Positions 34,976 through 49,841 of a stretch of 64,000 nt of DNA are shown one piece after another. A program made the position numbers and the translations under genes. The DNA comes from Mytilus edulis. Lineage: Eukaryota. The notes below the pieces were generated by a model that worked only from the letters and a program-made list of their open reading frames with translations, was not told the DNA's origin and made no database searches. The stretch is from the NCBI RefSeq assembly GCF_963676685.1, contig NC_092348.1, forward strand, positions 58,404,001 to 58,468,000, given 5' to 3'. How positions within the stretch are numbered: position 1 is the first letter of the stretch; each line of letters starts with the position of its first letter.

Positions 34976-36460
34976 GGTAAGGGCCGATTTTGGTCTCCAT
35001 ATTTCAGGTTCATCTGACGAAAGATTTTGGACACTTTTTAGACACTTTTAAAAGTGTCTATTTCAGTTGATTCAATTAGTGTATGTGAAATATTTTATCT
35101 GATTTAGTCATAAAAAATGCTTCGTTTAAACCTTAAATATGAAAAATCTATCAAATATGCCGAAAAATGTCACTTTTGGGATGGTTTTTGTCAAAATTGA
35201 AAGTGGCCGCATCCGTATTTATCCTCAACCTTTATATATGTTATTTATTAACATCAAAAACAACTTATATTTTAATATTAAGAATGAGCACTTTCATTTT
35301 AGACAGAACCCGTAAAAAATTAAAAACTAAAATGCTAAAATTGTGAAGATTTCAGTAATTTATATGGGCGCACTACGTTTGCGCGCATTTTGGGATAAAA
35401 ATGTTTTACGTTTGCGCGCAGCTTTTGATTACATTTGCGCGCATTCCTTTTACAGGTAAACTAAGATAACAATATAAATAGAAATTAAATTAAATTATAA
35501 TTGACTATATATTTGTTTTATTTTCCAAATAAATATGACTAATAATTACATGTATTAATTTTGAAAATATTTCTTAATTCAAATTATATATTGTTCATAT
35601 TGAATTCTAAAACCAATTATTAAGTGATCATTATCAACTCCTTAGTATAGCTAAAGACATGCATGTAACTTCATTGCATATATTTGATCGTCTTTAAAAT
35701 TAGTAAATAATTTAAGTTAGTTTGTAAAGTTGCACCAAGGCACAAACATGGAGTTTCGGTACATACCGACATGTAATGAATTTACCAATATTTTTACCTT
35801 TAAGATTAGCTATGTTTTTACATTATATTTTTTATCTGTATATGTTTCTAGGGTTTAGTGCGTGTGCATAATAAAACGGACTTATCTTGCTCGAAATCAA
35901 ACTTCCATCTCATCGTTGGTGAGCCGGGGACTATGACTAACAGAATGAGTACTTATACTTATAAATAATTGAACAAATTATAAATAAATAAGTATTTTTA
36001 TGTGTATTTTACCTGAGTTTACCTGTCATAAAATGCGCGCAATTGTAATCAAAAGTTGCGCGCAAACGTAATGATTTTTGCGCGCAAATGTAATGGTAAT
36101 GCGCGCAAACGTAATGCACCGAAATAATTGAACAAATTATAAATAAATAAGTATTTTTATGTGTATTTTACCTGAGTTTACCTGTCATAAAATGCGCGCA
36201 ATTGTAATCAAAAGTTGCGCGCAAACGTAATGATTTTTGCGCGCAAATGTAATGGTAATGCGCGCAAACGTAATGCACCGATTTATATTTATGACTTAAT
36301 GACACTAGTACCCGATATATGTGCATTGTATTGTCAAAACCAGCCCATATTTATGTAGCAGAAACATTCTACTTTCCAGTAAATAACTAAAAGTTTACAT
36401 TTGAACGATTTTGTAAAAGTGTTATATTTTGGGGCCAAAAAGGGGTCTTACTGGACCTAC
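34976..36460. mobile_element. TIR-bearing non-autonomous DNA element hosting the 35366 MITE
   Basis: GGTAAGGGCCGATTTTGG at left versus CCAAAAAGGGGTCTTACTGGACCTAC at right; left tip eroded. Confidence 0.55.
35366..36280. mobile_element. MITE with TTTGCGCGCA subterminal repeats, 8-bp TSD ATTTATAT and a duplicated right end
   Basis: Inverted termini; exact TSD; 159-bp tandem duplication 35963-36121 / 36122-36280. Confidence 0.88.
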
Positions 36461-39400
36461 TACTTTTGTGGTAAGTTCACTGAACATGAAAAATGACAAA
36501 GTGCGATGTTGCCGACATATATTTTGTTCAATTGTATGTTTATGATTGCTATTTATTTACTTACTAAATGCATTTGTTATGAATCTTTATGGTTTTTGGA
36601 TTGCAAAATGTTCAAGTTCTTAAATTATCCTACTTTTTATCTCATTATAAGCAATTTGCGGTATATATATACACGAACACAAACTGATATCAAGATTAAC
36701 TTTAATATTTCAATTAAACTGAAATTATATTTATTTATATATTTACACTTGAGTTATATAAACACAAATTTTAGACAAAAAAGACAATGCAAATGTCGTT
36801 AAAAACTCTAGAGGCTTATCTTACAATCTGATGCAAAGTCTGACAAAATATTAAAAAAAAACTGTACTTAAATTTATATAAAACTAAATAGTTCTTAAGC
36901 ATGCTACCATAACACATTATATTCTCAGTTAATCTCTTATTTCAACAATCCTATTAACTTTTCCTGATATCTGCTTAAACCTTATACCATTGTTTTCAGT
37001 AGCAATTACTGTTCAAATGACCACCAGATATACCGCTTGGAGATATTTAAGGCTCTTGTAAAATTTTTATTTCGTTTATAAGCTGTTTATTCCCCGGGAA
37101 AGAAGAAGATTAAATGGAATTCCAGAATGTCTTGCCTTAAAGCTTTGTTCATTATTAGACATTCTATGCCAAAAGCAGATATAATTTTGAACAAAGCTTC
37201 GTTTTGCTCCTTTGTTTGTCTTTTACAATGAGAATGATACATTAGTTATTAACTGTACATTAAACGACTTATTTAGTGCTTCCAATTTCAAAAGAGTTTA
37301 GTTGTAATAAAGGAAAAGATATAAATCCAGAAAGCTGCATTTTCTTCTATTCTCTAGTTTGTAGAAGAACATTTTAACAAATAATCTTCATGTACTGTTT
37401 GTATAAATATCACTCACTATCAGATATTTTATTTATTCCAGAATTTTTTGTTATTGTAAGAATTAAATTTATATTTTTATTTCTGGATACATGCACTTCA
37501 TTTTCGTAGAATATTAAAAGTATATATAGAAAACGCTCTGAAGACCCATTTCATGTGTTCCAATGTTGCCAAGAAATCATTTTAGGAAATTACTACTGGT
37601 ATTTATATATTCTCTGTAAAATTGGAAACTATTCCGATGAGCTTGGTTATACCCGTAAAAATCTGAATAAATAAACAATACAACGAAATATAACAAGGCC
37701 CTGCATAACACATGTAACAGTACGAAAAGTACTTGCACGATACATACTCCTGTAAAATGTGGCATCATGTAAATGTCAGACTAGTAGACTTTACAGTAAT
37801 TCTACCAAAACTTGAAATAAATATAGGCAACCACAAGACCTTCAATAATGATATAAACCGATATCGTATAGGCTGTTTAAAAAAGCCCGTACATTCAAAA
37901 TATGAAACAATTCAATTGAAACACCTAACGATCTAATTCATTACATAACAATTAAAACAACTATGATAGACATGGACCAATGACAACCACTGAACTACAT
38001 TCTTGTGTGCATGTATTTTATGTGTTATGTTTGACCCTTAGGTGTGTAATTTGTAGTAAAGATTATTATTATTATGTCAAAAGAGCCAATTCCATGTCGT
38101 ATATTACTTTCTGTAATAACGCATGTAATGACTAACCTTTGTGCATAGACTGAAATAATCATGATCCCTTTGACAGTTGTACTGTTTTTTAAAGATAACT
38201 TACAACACATACAACCTTCATAAAAAAAGTTAAAGAGAATGCCCTTACGATGATGTTTCTCTTTACAAATAGGATGTCAACGTAATCGACCATTTGAAAA
38301 AGACGTGTTTCAAGAAATCATAATTGAAATAATCCTTTTAAACTTTTTTCTTGAACGTTTTATAAATGTTTAAGTCTTATATAAATTCAAACTTCATTAA
38401 ATTCCTTAAATTATCAGTAAAATAAAGTCGAAAAACATAAATAACTATTTCTAATAGCATTGTTATATTGCGAAACAATATCTTGGATTATAGATCAGCT
38501 ATCCAGATGGAGACTCTCGTGTACAGAGAAGTGATGAATTAAAGGAGAAAATTGAATTTACAAGGCAAATGAAACATCTAGATCCGTAGGGATAAATCAA
38601 CTTATTAGTCTTGCGATGCCAAAGATCAGCATTAGACGACTTTCTAATTTGCCAACAACCTGACCTGTCAATCTTGATGGGGTATAGCTGATAAAAGACC
38701 ACCACATATTAATTGTTTTATTTTCCATTCATTAACAATATGATGTTTACGTAGAGACATGTGGATGATGTTTGTGTTAGATTTAAATAAAAGGAAATAC
38801 AATTATTTTATTTTATTAGGATAAGGTTGAACAGGGAGTCTATCAAAGGATTGGATCTCCCTAAAAAGTGAAGTGAATGTGTTCCATTCAACCCAGTACT
38901 CAGATTTGTCCTTCCGTGTTAGGACCTTTTTGTCGTTTTTCGTGAATGTTATTTAGCCAAGCACTTAATGGTGCTCTTACACTTAACCTTGCAACTATAT
39001 GGTTTCAACGTAATCTGTCATTTCTTAAAGAAATACGGATTCAAAGATGTCTTATACCTTATAGTAGATGCAGATAAGCATTTTATTGTGTCATAAGAGT
39101 TGTCTTTGTAACAATAGATACTAAAAACGTGTCCCATTGTAAAATAAGTTCAACATGTCTCATGAAATCTGAATCGAAGGATGCATTATGAATTTGAGGC
39201 ATATCCTACATACCATCTGATATAATTATTTGTTTTATAATTTTCTGTTTGGCAATATCTCCAAGATAGGATAATATTACCTTCTGGATAGGGTAATACC
39301 TTTTTGATAGGGCAGTATCTTCTGGATATCACTTTAATATGGAAATTGAATGACGGGTGGCGTAGAATGGGTACCCTACCTGCAACCTATCTATCCAATG

Positions 39401-40110
39401 CAGTATGACATCAACGATTTGAACAATCGTCATGAAGAAGTGTGTCTGTTTATCCTATACACTTCAGGTTGAATTGATGTCTACACTTACACATTTAGTC
39501 GAAATTTTATAGATCCGATTCATTTAGATATGTTTGTTTCTCAAATAAAGCAACCTTTGAAATGTGTATTCGTTTCTCGTTTTTTATATAGACTAGACCG
39601 TTGGTTTTCCCGTTTGAATGGTTTTACACTAGTAATTTTGGGGCCCTTTATAGCTTGTTGTTCGGTTTAAGACAAGGCTCCATGTTGAAGGCCGCACATT
39701 TACCTATACCGGTTTACTTTTATAAAAAAAAATTTGGATGGAGAGTTGTCTCATTGGCACTCACACCACATCTTCCTATATCTATTCAAGCAGGTTATTT
39801 TCTAATGGACATTATGAATTAAATTCACTTTTGCAAATTATGCAATTTTTTTAATATCGTTATTTCAAGTAGTGGTAAGATCAAAATAAACCTTTAAATA
39901 CAAAATTAAAGATGTGTTAATGTATGTGATACGTTGGTGATTTTTTGATGAAGACCTAAATTATATTTTTTTTACAAAACTCCTCATTTTGACGCTAAAA
40001 TATATTTTTAATCAGTAACACTTTTTAATTCTTAATAACTCATTCGTCCGCCGATTCGTCCTTGAATAATGATTTGACAAAACAACTCATTACTTGAAGT
40101 GCTTTAATTA

Positions 40111-40975
40111 CGGCAATGGACATTTGAGCGCATTGACAGGACATTTGAGCGAAAAAAAAAGGACGTTTGAGCGCCAAAGTATAGGACATTTGAGCGCCTA
40201 AATTTTAGGACATTTGAGCGAAAATAAGAATAAGCGTAGGACATTTGAGCGAAAACAAGTCTTGGATAGAGAATTGTCTTATTGGCAATCATACCACATT
40301 TTCTTACGAATATAGTTCATTAAATGAGGAGTTTACCAACAAAAAGATTAAAACATCTTTTAATTGTAAACAAAGCACTAAAAACAAAGCACTGTCATAA
40401 AACATAAAACTCGGCAACGGCATTATTTACAAGTCTGTTCGGGCTTGGAACTTATATCCCAGGCTTCTGACATAAAAATCCCTCGTAATTTCCTGCTGGC
40501 AGTATTTCGAATGCAAATCCCGGAGATTCTGTTCCTTCTCCTTTTCTGTTCGGCTCTGCGGTGCATCAATGTTCAAACTCCGAATTTTTATGTAAGTCAC
40601 AGATTGCAATTTGATAATAGTGTCAAGGAAAGTATAAATTGATGGATGAACAAAGAAAATTTGCATAGCCAATGAATTATAGTAGAATTGATTGGTAAAT
40701 AGAGATCAACTTAGGATTTCACTTACATAAACCAGCCAGAACCGGTCGAATTACTCGGGTGTGAAATAAAATAAAAAATATTTATAACTAAATCTTACTT
40801 TTTTTTCTTACTTTTAAAAAAAAATCTTAATTCGTGTAAAATTATCAGGGAAAATTTCGCTCAAATGTCCTGTCTGAAAACTCAGGTAAGGTTAATATCC
40901 CGGCGCTCAAATGTCCTATGAAGTCGGCGCTCAAATGACCCTATGTGCTTTTTTCTTTTTCGCTCAAATGTCCTA
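40111..40975. mobile_element. Related GGACATTTGAGCG-repeat foldback MITE (right end and TSD unclear)
   Basis: Six direct copies of the motif on the left and four inverted copies on the right. Confidence 0.75.
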
Positions 40976-42574
40976 TGAATTATTAATTTGTTGATTTTTT
41001 TAGTTACAAGGATATCAAAATCAATGCAGGTTTTATTCACGCTGAAAAGATTTAAAAAAAAAAAAGCTACACCTATGCAACTATTTTCGGATCGTTTCTC
41101 CGTCTGTTCATCCGAAGCGAGCAGTACCACAAAAATGGAAAATCAGGGTCTCGGTATAGTAATGACAAAAAGAAGAATTGTAAGAAACCCTTCTTTTGTA
41201 TGAAAAAAAAATGCCTCATAGGATCCCAATCTCGACGTGTTTTTTTTTTAATATATAAATGGGCACATTCCTATTGCGTGCTTTTAGGTGTTATCTGATT
41301 TTTTTTTTTGCGACCAATATTTTATTACATTTGATTTTACATGTAACATAGGTAGATATATAGATCATTCTTAATATATATATGTCGAATTTTAATTTTG
41401 TATTTAAAATGAAATATAAAATGAATTTAACATATAAATCACCATCCTATGATCAATTACATTATCAGGTCCCGGTAGAAACACAATGTATGATATACAA
41501 GCAAGTTTATTTAAAACCATTGAAGAGTGAGTGAATGGTTTTATATTTCTTTATAACTTTATTCAGGACACCCATACTCTTTATCTTCTTTACACAATCT
41601 TGAAAATTTCAAACAACAACATATATCCAATTTATTGAGGTCTTGAAACACCATACTTTGTGAAAAGGAGAAAATGAGTAAACTTGATAGGCTTTGCTCA
41701 TTGTTGAAGGCCGTATATACGGTGACGTATAGTTGTTAATGTCTGTGTCATGTTGGTCTCTTGTGGATAGTTGTCTCATTGGCAATAATACCACATCTTC
41801 TTTTTTATATTGATGGAACAGTTTCGAAAACTTCTAAAATGAATGTGCTCAAATAGGTACAAGAATATGTTGTATGAGTACCAATGAGACAACTCTCCAT
41901 CCAAGTCACAATTTGTAATGTACCGTTAGAAAATAGGATAGGCAGGTTTTCATAAATCTAAACTACTTTTTCTTTTGATATTTTATAATTGAAAATTCAA
42001 AAATTGTTTTCATTTGGATAGTTACTACTTAAGATATGTACTTCTTGTAGTCGACTGAAAAAAAACGCGATAACATGACTAAAAAAGATGTGTTCTAAGG
42101 CGAAGTTCCCTAAAAAAATTAACAACCGCCAAGCGGTAATACAGTAAGGAATTCCATCATAAGATTAGTATTCAGCACGATTTCCAAATTTAGGCGCCGA
42201 TCAAAATCTCATTTGTTTTTCTTTTTTTAGTTTTTGCTTTGCTGATGTGACTAAATTTGTTTCCATTATAAATTAACATTATTTGAATTATTCAGTTTTC
42301 GTATAACATGTTTTTATACATTGTCATTAAAATAATTCCCTTTATTTGTTTGTTTCATTCGAGGTTTTTCAGTTTAATTTCTTAGTTTTTGTATTCTTAG
42401 CCCTTTGACTAAATATCATTCCGACGAAGAACTCTCGTGTGCTTGCTTTTGTCTGATCTCGACGGGTTACCATATCAGTACATTTAGTTTTCCTTAACAC
42501 ATATATATGTTATATGTACTTGTATATTATATAAATTTGACTCGTGCGCATTTACTAAATGAAGTTTTTCTCAG

Positions 42575-43840
42575 AGATATTGATATAAAAGTTATCGTCC
42601 AAAATATGGTGTAAGTGTTGAACTTGGATGTGATGAATACGTATTTACTTTTAATAGGTTTTGCTTCTTTTCCAAAAATAAATTTCAAGTCTTACATATT
42701 GAAATAACCTACCGATAAAAAAGTTAAAGTTAAATTTGCCTAATTGACACAAAGAATAAGTTCCTTTTATTTAACACTGTATAGTAACTGTTAGTTGCCT
42801 GTTGGCTTGTTTTGCTTTAAATGTCAAATTTAAGGTTTCCTGGAGCCGTTACACAGTGTGGTCCTCATAGAACTCTGAAGCATACAAGAAACTATCTAAT
42901 TTTGACCCTTACACATTTACTAAATGATTTTTTCTCCTCATATTTTAATAAAATTCAAAAGAGGTAGTAAGGCCAATTTCCATCTTAACTTTTTTACACC
43001 AGGGACATTTTTAATCTCTCCCTAAATTCACAGTATCACAACCCAATACATTGTGTATATACTTCAAGGCTTAAAAAGTATTTTTGGCTTATTTCTACAT
43101 CTAATTTGAACGACAGATGATAGCCAAAATACGCAATATTTACTAAATCTGTCCAAGTATCAGTAGTTTTCCCCAAAATATGTAAGAAGGAAATCGTTAT
43201 ACAAAACCAAAGGGATGTTGGAAGTGTTGAATTTGTGTCCGATTGTCTTCCGGATATAAATCAATTAAATTTGGTTAGCGGGTCATTCGATATGCAAGAT
43301 TGAAAGAAAAAAAATTGAATTTTGCAGTTTGTATCAAAATGCCTTCTGCTGCTTGAAACTCATTCAGTCTAAATTTAGGGATTAATTTTAAAACTAGAAG
43401 ACAAAATTAAAGCACATCACGGAATTGCCTGCATCGTTTAAAGTACCGTAATTGTTTCCAAGAGTCCTGAACTAATTTAACAATTGTTGCATGTCATTTT
43501 TTAAATAGGAAAAGAAACTGTAGAAATGCATCGTTTGAGAGATATTGATATTAAAAGTTCTCGTCCAAAATATGGTTAAGTGTTCAATACGTATTTTACT
43601 TTACTTCTAATGGGTTTTGGTTCTTTTCAGTAATAAATTTCAAGTCTAACATATTATCATTACTTACCTATAACAAGTCAAAGTTGAGTTTGCCAAAATG
43701 ACATAAAGAATTAGTTCCTTTAAGTAAGCACTTTATATATCGTCGCCTGTTGACTTGTTCTGCCTTAAATGTCAAATTTAAGGTTTCCTGACGCCGTTAC
43801 ACTGTTTGCTCCTCGTAGAACTTTGAGGCATCACAGAAAC
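42575..43840 (+). repeat. Diverged local direct duplication (about 42575-42895 and 43538-43840)
   Basis: GAGATATTGATAT...TCGTCCAAAATATGGT...AAATGTCAAATTTAAGGTTTCCTG occurs twice. Confidence 0.8.
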
Positions 43841-44883
43841 TTTAAAATATCATCGTTAAGTAAGGTTCGAAATATTTTTCCGACTTTTCAATAATTTGCA
43901 GAATATATGATAATAATTGTAATGATAGAGCTGCTGAAACAAAATTTCTTAATTATAGGGGAAAGTTTTTCTATATTTGTCTTGTTCTGATTGGTGCGCC
44001 ATCTGTCAACTCTGTTATTTCTGTGACAATGTCTTTATCGATCTAAAGAAATCTTCCAATCCGGATTCTTCTTCAGAAAAAAAAAAACACTTTTGAAAAA
44101 AGAAATCAAATACAAATACGTAAATATTCATGTCCATAACAGAAAGTTGAATTAAAGAAATAAAGTGATATTTTTTTATATGGAAAATGATGGTAAAAAT
44201 TGAAGACGACAAAAAAACAAAAGAAAATATGAAAAATAAAATAAAATATAGATATTAAAGAGGATATGAATAATTCAAGTTATCATCGTATTTGTATTCT
44301 TCAAAACTAAAGTCTTTAAAGTAAGACTTAACGTAAAATATAGAAAAATATTATAATAATAATATTTGTAAGGGATCGAAATTGATTTTATATATAACTA
44401 TATTATAAGGATATAATTTAAAAGAAAGAATTACATATTATTAAAATAAAAAGTTTAATGAGCAAATCAACTTTACAAATATAACACAGAAGATTTCATT
44501 TTCAACAACCCAGGCACAGAAATATGCATTGTAGGCAAACTCAAAACATAATATTATACAATTTACAAAAAGTAAAAATGTATTAACAAATATTTCGTGT
44601 GCTACAAGATTTCTGTAAAACATATTTCATTTCAGTGAGTTTTTTTCAATTTTTTTATTTTATCAATTCTATGATACCTGTAAGATTTTATTATAGTTTC
44701 ATAGCAGTTTGTCCGCCTTTTGTATTTACCATATTAATATAGTTTTTCAAATCAATGCAATAGGTTTCTACCTACCCTATTACCTACATGCATACGGTCC
44801 TCAACATATGGACGAATAATATAGGTTTCTAGTCATGCGCATATAATTTGCAAAATAGATCTGAGGTTTAATTTTCAATTTAA

Positions 44884-45091
44884 GGAGGTAGACCTAGGTT
44901 AAGGGAAATAACTCTTAAAATCATCAATACGTTTGTGTCAACCATTTTCAAAAATATATTCTAAGCTTCTAGGTTGCATAGATTATTTTCAATCTCTTTA
45001 AGGTAAATGCTTAAATTACATTGATGAACTTGACTTTTACAAACGCTTAACTGATTTAAAGAGTTATCTCCCTGAACCAAGGTCTGCCCCC
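44884..45091. mobile_element. TTAA-flanked MITE (Kolobok-like)
   Basis: Imperfect TIR of about 31 bp, GGAGGTAGACC...; TTAA on both sides. Confidence 0.78.
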
Positions 45092-46008
45092 TTAAGTGTT
45101 TTATTTCTGTTTTCTTCGAAACAACAATGTTGTTAAGCCATAACTTGAAGTGTACAAATGAACGGACAAAGTATAAAAACCCACACACCGAGCCCCCTGG
45201 AATCTAATCAATTTGCCAATTTGAGTCACGTGCAAGACTATAAGAGGGTCAAATGGAACATGCAGAATAGCCAGAAACTTTGCTTGATGAAGTTTTACCC
45301 TTTGTTATACAAGTGCATGATAGTTTACGGGTACCACAGGTGGAGCAGGATTTGCCTACCCTTCCGGGGCATCTGAGATCAACCCAATTTTGGTGGTGTT
45401 CGTGTTCGAGTCTTTTAGTTTTCTATGTTGTGTTTTGTGTGCTGTTGTTTCTCTGTTTGTCTTTTTGTTTGCCATGTTGTCAGTTGATTTTTGACTAATG
45501 GGTTTAAATGTCACTTTGATATCTTTCGCATCTCCTTTATCGGAAACTGCAAATGTATGTTACAGTATCAACATGACCCTATGACAAAGACATAAGCAAA
45601 TTGATAGTGGCTGCTTTGATGGATTGAAGACAAACAACAGAGTAGAACTTATTATCCATAACAGATCTTCCACAGACAATTTACAGTTAAATTACAGCTG
45701 AAATATAAAAAATATAGATTAAATCAAAAATCATTTAAGTAATAGCCAACTTGCTATGGTTGCAATTTGTGCTTAATGATAATTAAAAAAAAAAAACAGA
45801 TAAAGGTCGCTTCCATTAAGCGTAAACATTCCTCGTCTGTAACCATCGGGATAGTTTGGACCAAATATACAACGTCGGTCCAGATAAATGTAACAAAAAT
45901 GTAGAAGTTGCAATTTTGTATCAAAATGCCTTCAACAGTAACACATTTGATGAATAAACTGTTTAACGTTTTAGAAATATCAAAAAATGTGAAACATATT
46001 TTAAGTAC

Positions 46009-46244
46009 TAAAATTGAGAAAGGAAATGGGGAATGTGTCAAAGCGACAACAACCCGACCATAGAGCAGACAACGGCCGAAGGGTCTTCAATGTAGCGAGA
46101 AACTCCCGCATCCGGAGGCGGTCTTCAGCTGGCCCCTTAAAGAATATTTATACTAGTTCAGTGATAATGGACGTCATACAAGACTAACAAAGGCCAGAGA
46201 CTCCTGACTTTGAAAGGCGCAAAATTGCGGCGGGGTTAAACATG
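46009..46244 (-). mobile_element. Short 3'-end copy of PLE family A with the 3' half of the twister
   Basis: Matches 30401-30687 with an internal deletion. Confidence 0.85.
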
Positions 46245-46510
46245 ATATATATATTCCAGTAGGACTTCACATGTCTCAGATTTTCTATTCATGGAGTCAA
46301 AAAAATAAAGGGTAAATAATAAAGTTTATTAATTTCATTCAAACTGTAATATTTCATTATATGTTTTAGCACTTTGCCGCTGTAAATATCTATTCTTATT
46401 TCTTCATTTAATATTTCATTTCAATATAAAAATTTTGTTTATTTAATTCGTGAATACTTTTTCAAAATTATTGATAGATTGGTTTAATCCGTTTAATAGT
46501 TGATTTAAAA

Positions 46511-47299
46511 GGGCGCACTACGTTTGCGCGCATTTGGGGATTAAAATGTTTTACGTTTGCGCGCAGCTTTTGATTACATTTGCGCGCATTCATTTAACAG
46601 GTAAACTCAGGTAAAAATATAAATAAAAATTAAATTAAATTTTAATTGACTATATGTTTTTTTTAATTTTCATAATAAATATGACTATCACTTTTTAATT
46701 TTGAAAGTATTTCTTAATTCAAATTATATATTGTTCATATTGAATTCTAAAATAAATTATAAAGTGATCATTATGAACTCCGTAGTATAGCTTTAAAAGA
46801 CATTCATGTAACTTCATTGCGAATATTTCAGAGTGAAAAGTGTTTCAACGAATAGTGATCGGTTTTAAAATTAGTTTAATAATTTAAGTTGGTTAGTAAA
46901 TTAGACCAAGACACAAACCTGGAGTTTCGGCACGTACCGAAATGTAAAGTAATGAATTTATAAATACTTTTACCTTTAAGATTAGCTATGTTATAGAATT
47001 TCAACATTTTTATCTGTATATATTTCCACGATTTAGTGCTTGTGCATAACAAAACGGACTCACCTTGCTCGAAATCCCACTTCCAACTCATCTTTGGTGA
47101 GCAGGGGACTAAGGGGACTAACGGAATGAGTACTTATACTTGTAAATAATTGAACAAATTATAAATAAATAAGTAGTATAGTATTTTACCTGAGATTACC
47201 TGTCAAAAAAATGCGCGCAATTGTAATCAAAAACTGCGCGCAAACGTAATGATTTTTGCGCGTAAATGTAATGGTAATGCGCGCAAACGTAATGCACCG
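46511..47299. mobile_element. Second copy of the TTTGCGCGCA MITE, 8-bp TSD ATTTAAAA
   Basis: Collinear with 35366-36121; exact TSD. Confidence 0.88.
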
Positions 47300-48149
47300 A
47301 TTTAAAATAATGGAAAATCTATTTAATATTTTAATTCCACTGGGTTCGATAAACTTATTCATACTGACGCTGCGAGGGTAACAATAAAAAGTGGTTACAT
47401 TTTTTTTTCTATAATTGATAATGTAAAGGGCAATAAAAAGTAGAAACTTAAATTGAAGATGTCAAAATGTCTTTTGGTAGAGGCTTATTTAAATCCACGG
47501 TCAAATTACACTCTATTCTTTATACAATAACTTTTAACTTGTCATACAATTAAACGGAATTTCTTGTATCAAATAGATAATCCTAACATAGCGGCTAATT
47601 CTGAAATGGATCAATGTCTTTTGGTCGCGTGACCTTCCGGAGTAATGACCTTTAGCACGTGTCGAGTTTAAGCCATTTATTAATTCTTAACAAGATGTTC
47701 AAATTATTAATCATGACTATTTTCACACAATAACAAAACCATACGGTGACTCCGTCTTGTAATTGTCTGTCGGCTGTATTCAATTTCCATATTTGTAAAA
47801 CGGAAAGCATAACAATTCCATTTTCAATGAAAGGGGCGTGGTATCTTTTGTAAACGAATGGTAACGTCTTTCGCCATAATTAGCGTTGAATTACAAATTA
47901 ATAAGAAGCACAATCTGCCAAGTTTGAGCTATTAGAACATTGATTTACAATTCATTTATTTCACCAAAGAAACGATTTCATATTTAAAATGTGTTTAACT
48001 GTATAATTTCTAAAGATTTGCATAGGGCAGTACATTTGTCATAGATTGGTGGACATTACTTTGGACTCAAATCCTCGAGTTTCTGATACGTCATGATCGT
48101 GCAAAAATATATTTTATTTTGAATGTTTATTAGAATTTTAAGAGTGTTA

Positions 48150-48430
48150 GGGAGCTACCATTCAATTTTTATGGGGGGGGGGGGGCTAGGATGAAATTTG
48201 AAAAAAATAGGCAGGACAGGAGTTTTGAGTAAAAAAACAGGCAGGATGAGACACTTGCAAAAAAAAAGTCAGGACGACAATTTAGGTAAAAAAAGGCAGG
48301 ACCGAACAGAGTGAAAAATAAAAAAGGCAGGACAGAGATTACAGCTAAAAAAAATGCAGGACAAAATTTTTCCTCCTAGCCCCCCCCCCCCCCACCCCCC
48401 CCCCCCCATAAAAATCAAATGGTAGCTCCC
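48150..48430. mobile_element. PIF/Harbinger-type MITE, TTA TSD
   Basis: TIR GGGAGCTACCATT with poly-G/poly-C tracts; internal AAAAGGCAGGAC repeats. Confidence 0.82.
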
Positions 48431-49841
48431 TTAGAATAGAACAAAAATACAACACTCCATTGTATCTGTCTATATTTTTCATAAACCGTTCTACTCTCAT
48501 GATTATGTCATGCAAATGTATCTGTCACTCAATTCAGATTCAGATTGAATATTTTATTTAAGTCTCACCACTCGGCCGAAAACATTCTAATACTTATATA
48601 AAACTTACAATAAAATACCAGTAGCTTAATTACTAAAACATATATACCAGTGCCATTATGTCGAGAATCGGGAGAGACTATTACAGACACTGTACCAAAA
48701 CTAAAAGATTCGATAACGATGTAAACACTTTACAATTTTGAAACAACAATGGATTTGAAATTAAAATATGATGAAACTGTAAGACATGTTCTGTTAAGCA
48801 TTGTGGTCATTGTTTTTAGTTGTCTGGCTAGTATAGTTTTGAAAAATTGACGCAGACTAATGGCTGTTAAACTTTCAGTAGCAAATTAAATTTTTTTTTT
48901 CAGGACAATTATATATTATATAACATGCTTTATTCAAAATGAATATAAACCATGTTTTGTACGGCGGAGGACATTTGATAGGACATTTTAGCGATCGAAA
49001 AAAATATGACGTTTGAGCGCCAAAGTAGAACCCATTTGAGCGCCAGATTTTTAACCCATTTTAGCGAAAATTAAAATTGTCAAAGCCCATTTAAGCGAAA
49101 TATTTTTTAACCCTTTTTACTTTTTACTAAGTTTTAGTAAATAAATAATATATAATAAATTTAAAAAAATGTTTAATAGACTCAAGACAGCACAATATAA
49201 AACAATATAAAACATGTCCATTAAAATACAGCACTAATAGACTCAAGACAGCACAACATAAAACAATATAAAACTTTTCAATTAAAATACAGCACTAAAA
49301 GTCTAAAAGATTAAATCAAATGTTAAAAGTCTGTTCTAGCCTGGAATTTATAACCTAGAGAACGTATATATGTAATGGAGTCTAAATAAACCCCTTGTAC
49401 AATACTGTTCATAGAAATGCATTAAAACTGTTCTTTCTCTTTATCTTGTCTCGATTGTGGTGCACATTTCTCTATGCTTCGTATCTTTATATATGTTGTT
49501 GTTTGTAATTTCATAATAGTATCTAGGAAAACATTAAACCCATATAAATTGCTGTTCATGGAATATATATATATTTATTAATAGTATCGGAAGCACATGA
49601 CTTGTTTGTGTTTGTTTATGTTCAACACGTGTTGATGAGCACATGGTTGCATACCTGGTTTGTTATTGTATGATTTGATTGGCTATTGTATGTCGCAATG
49701 CAGGTATTCTACCCGTTTGTACGAGGGTAGGATCGTGATTCTCGTGCAGAATCTCATTATAAATATAAGATATTTTTATAACCAGTTATTCGAAGTTCTG
49801 CCTTTACAGAGTAGCATACCTTCCGTTTCGTTATACACATA

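Noticed and set aside
40111-40260. CRISPR-like spaced repeats (GGACATTTGAGCG; also the TAATCA and GGCAGGAC arrays)
   Set aside because: Short irregular spacers, inverted counterparts, eukaryotic context and no cas genes; these are MITE-internal repeats
46230-46244. Copy ends near the twister cleavage site (also 23740-23746)
   Set aside because: Boundaries are several nucleotides off the predicted cut; two cases are not enough evidence
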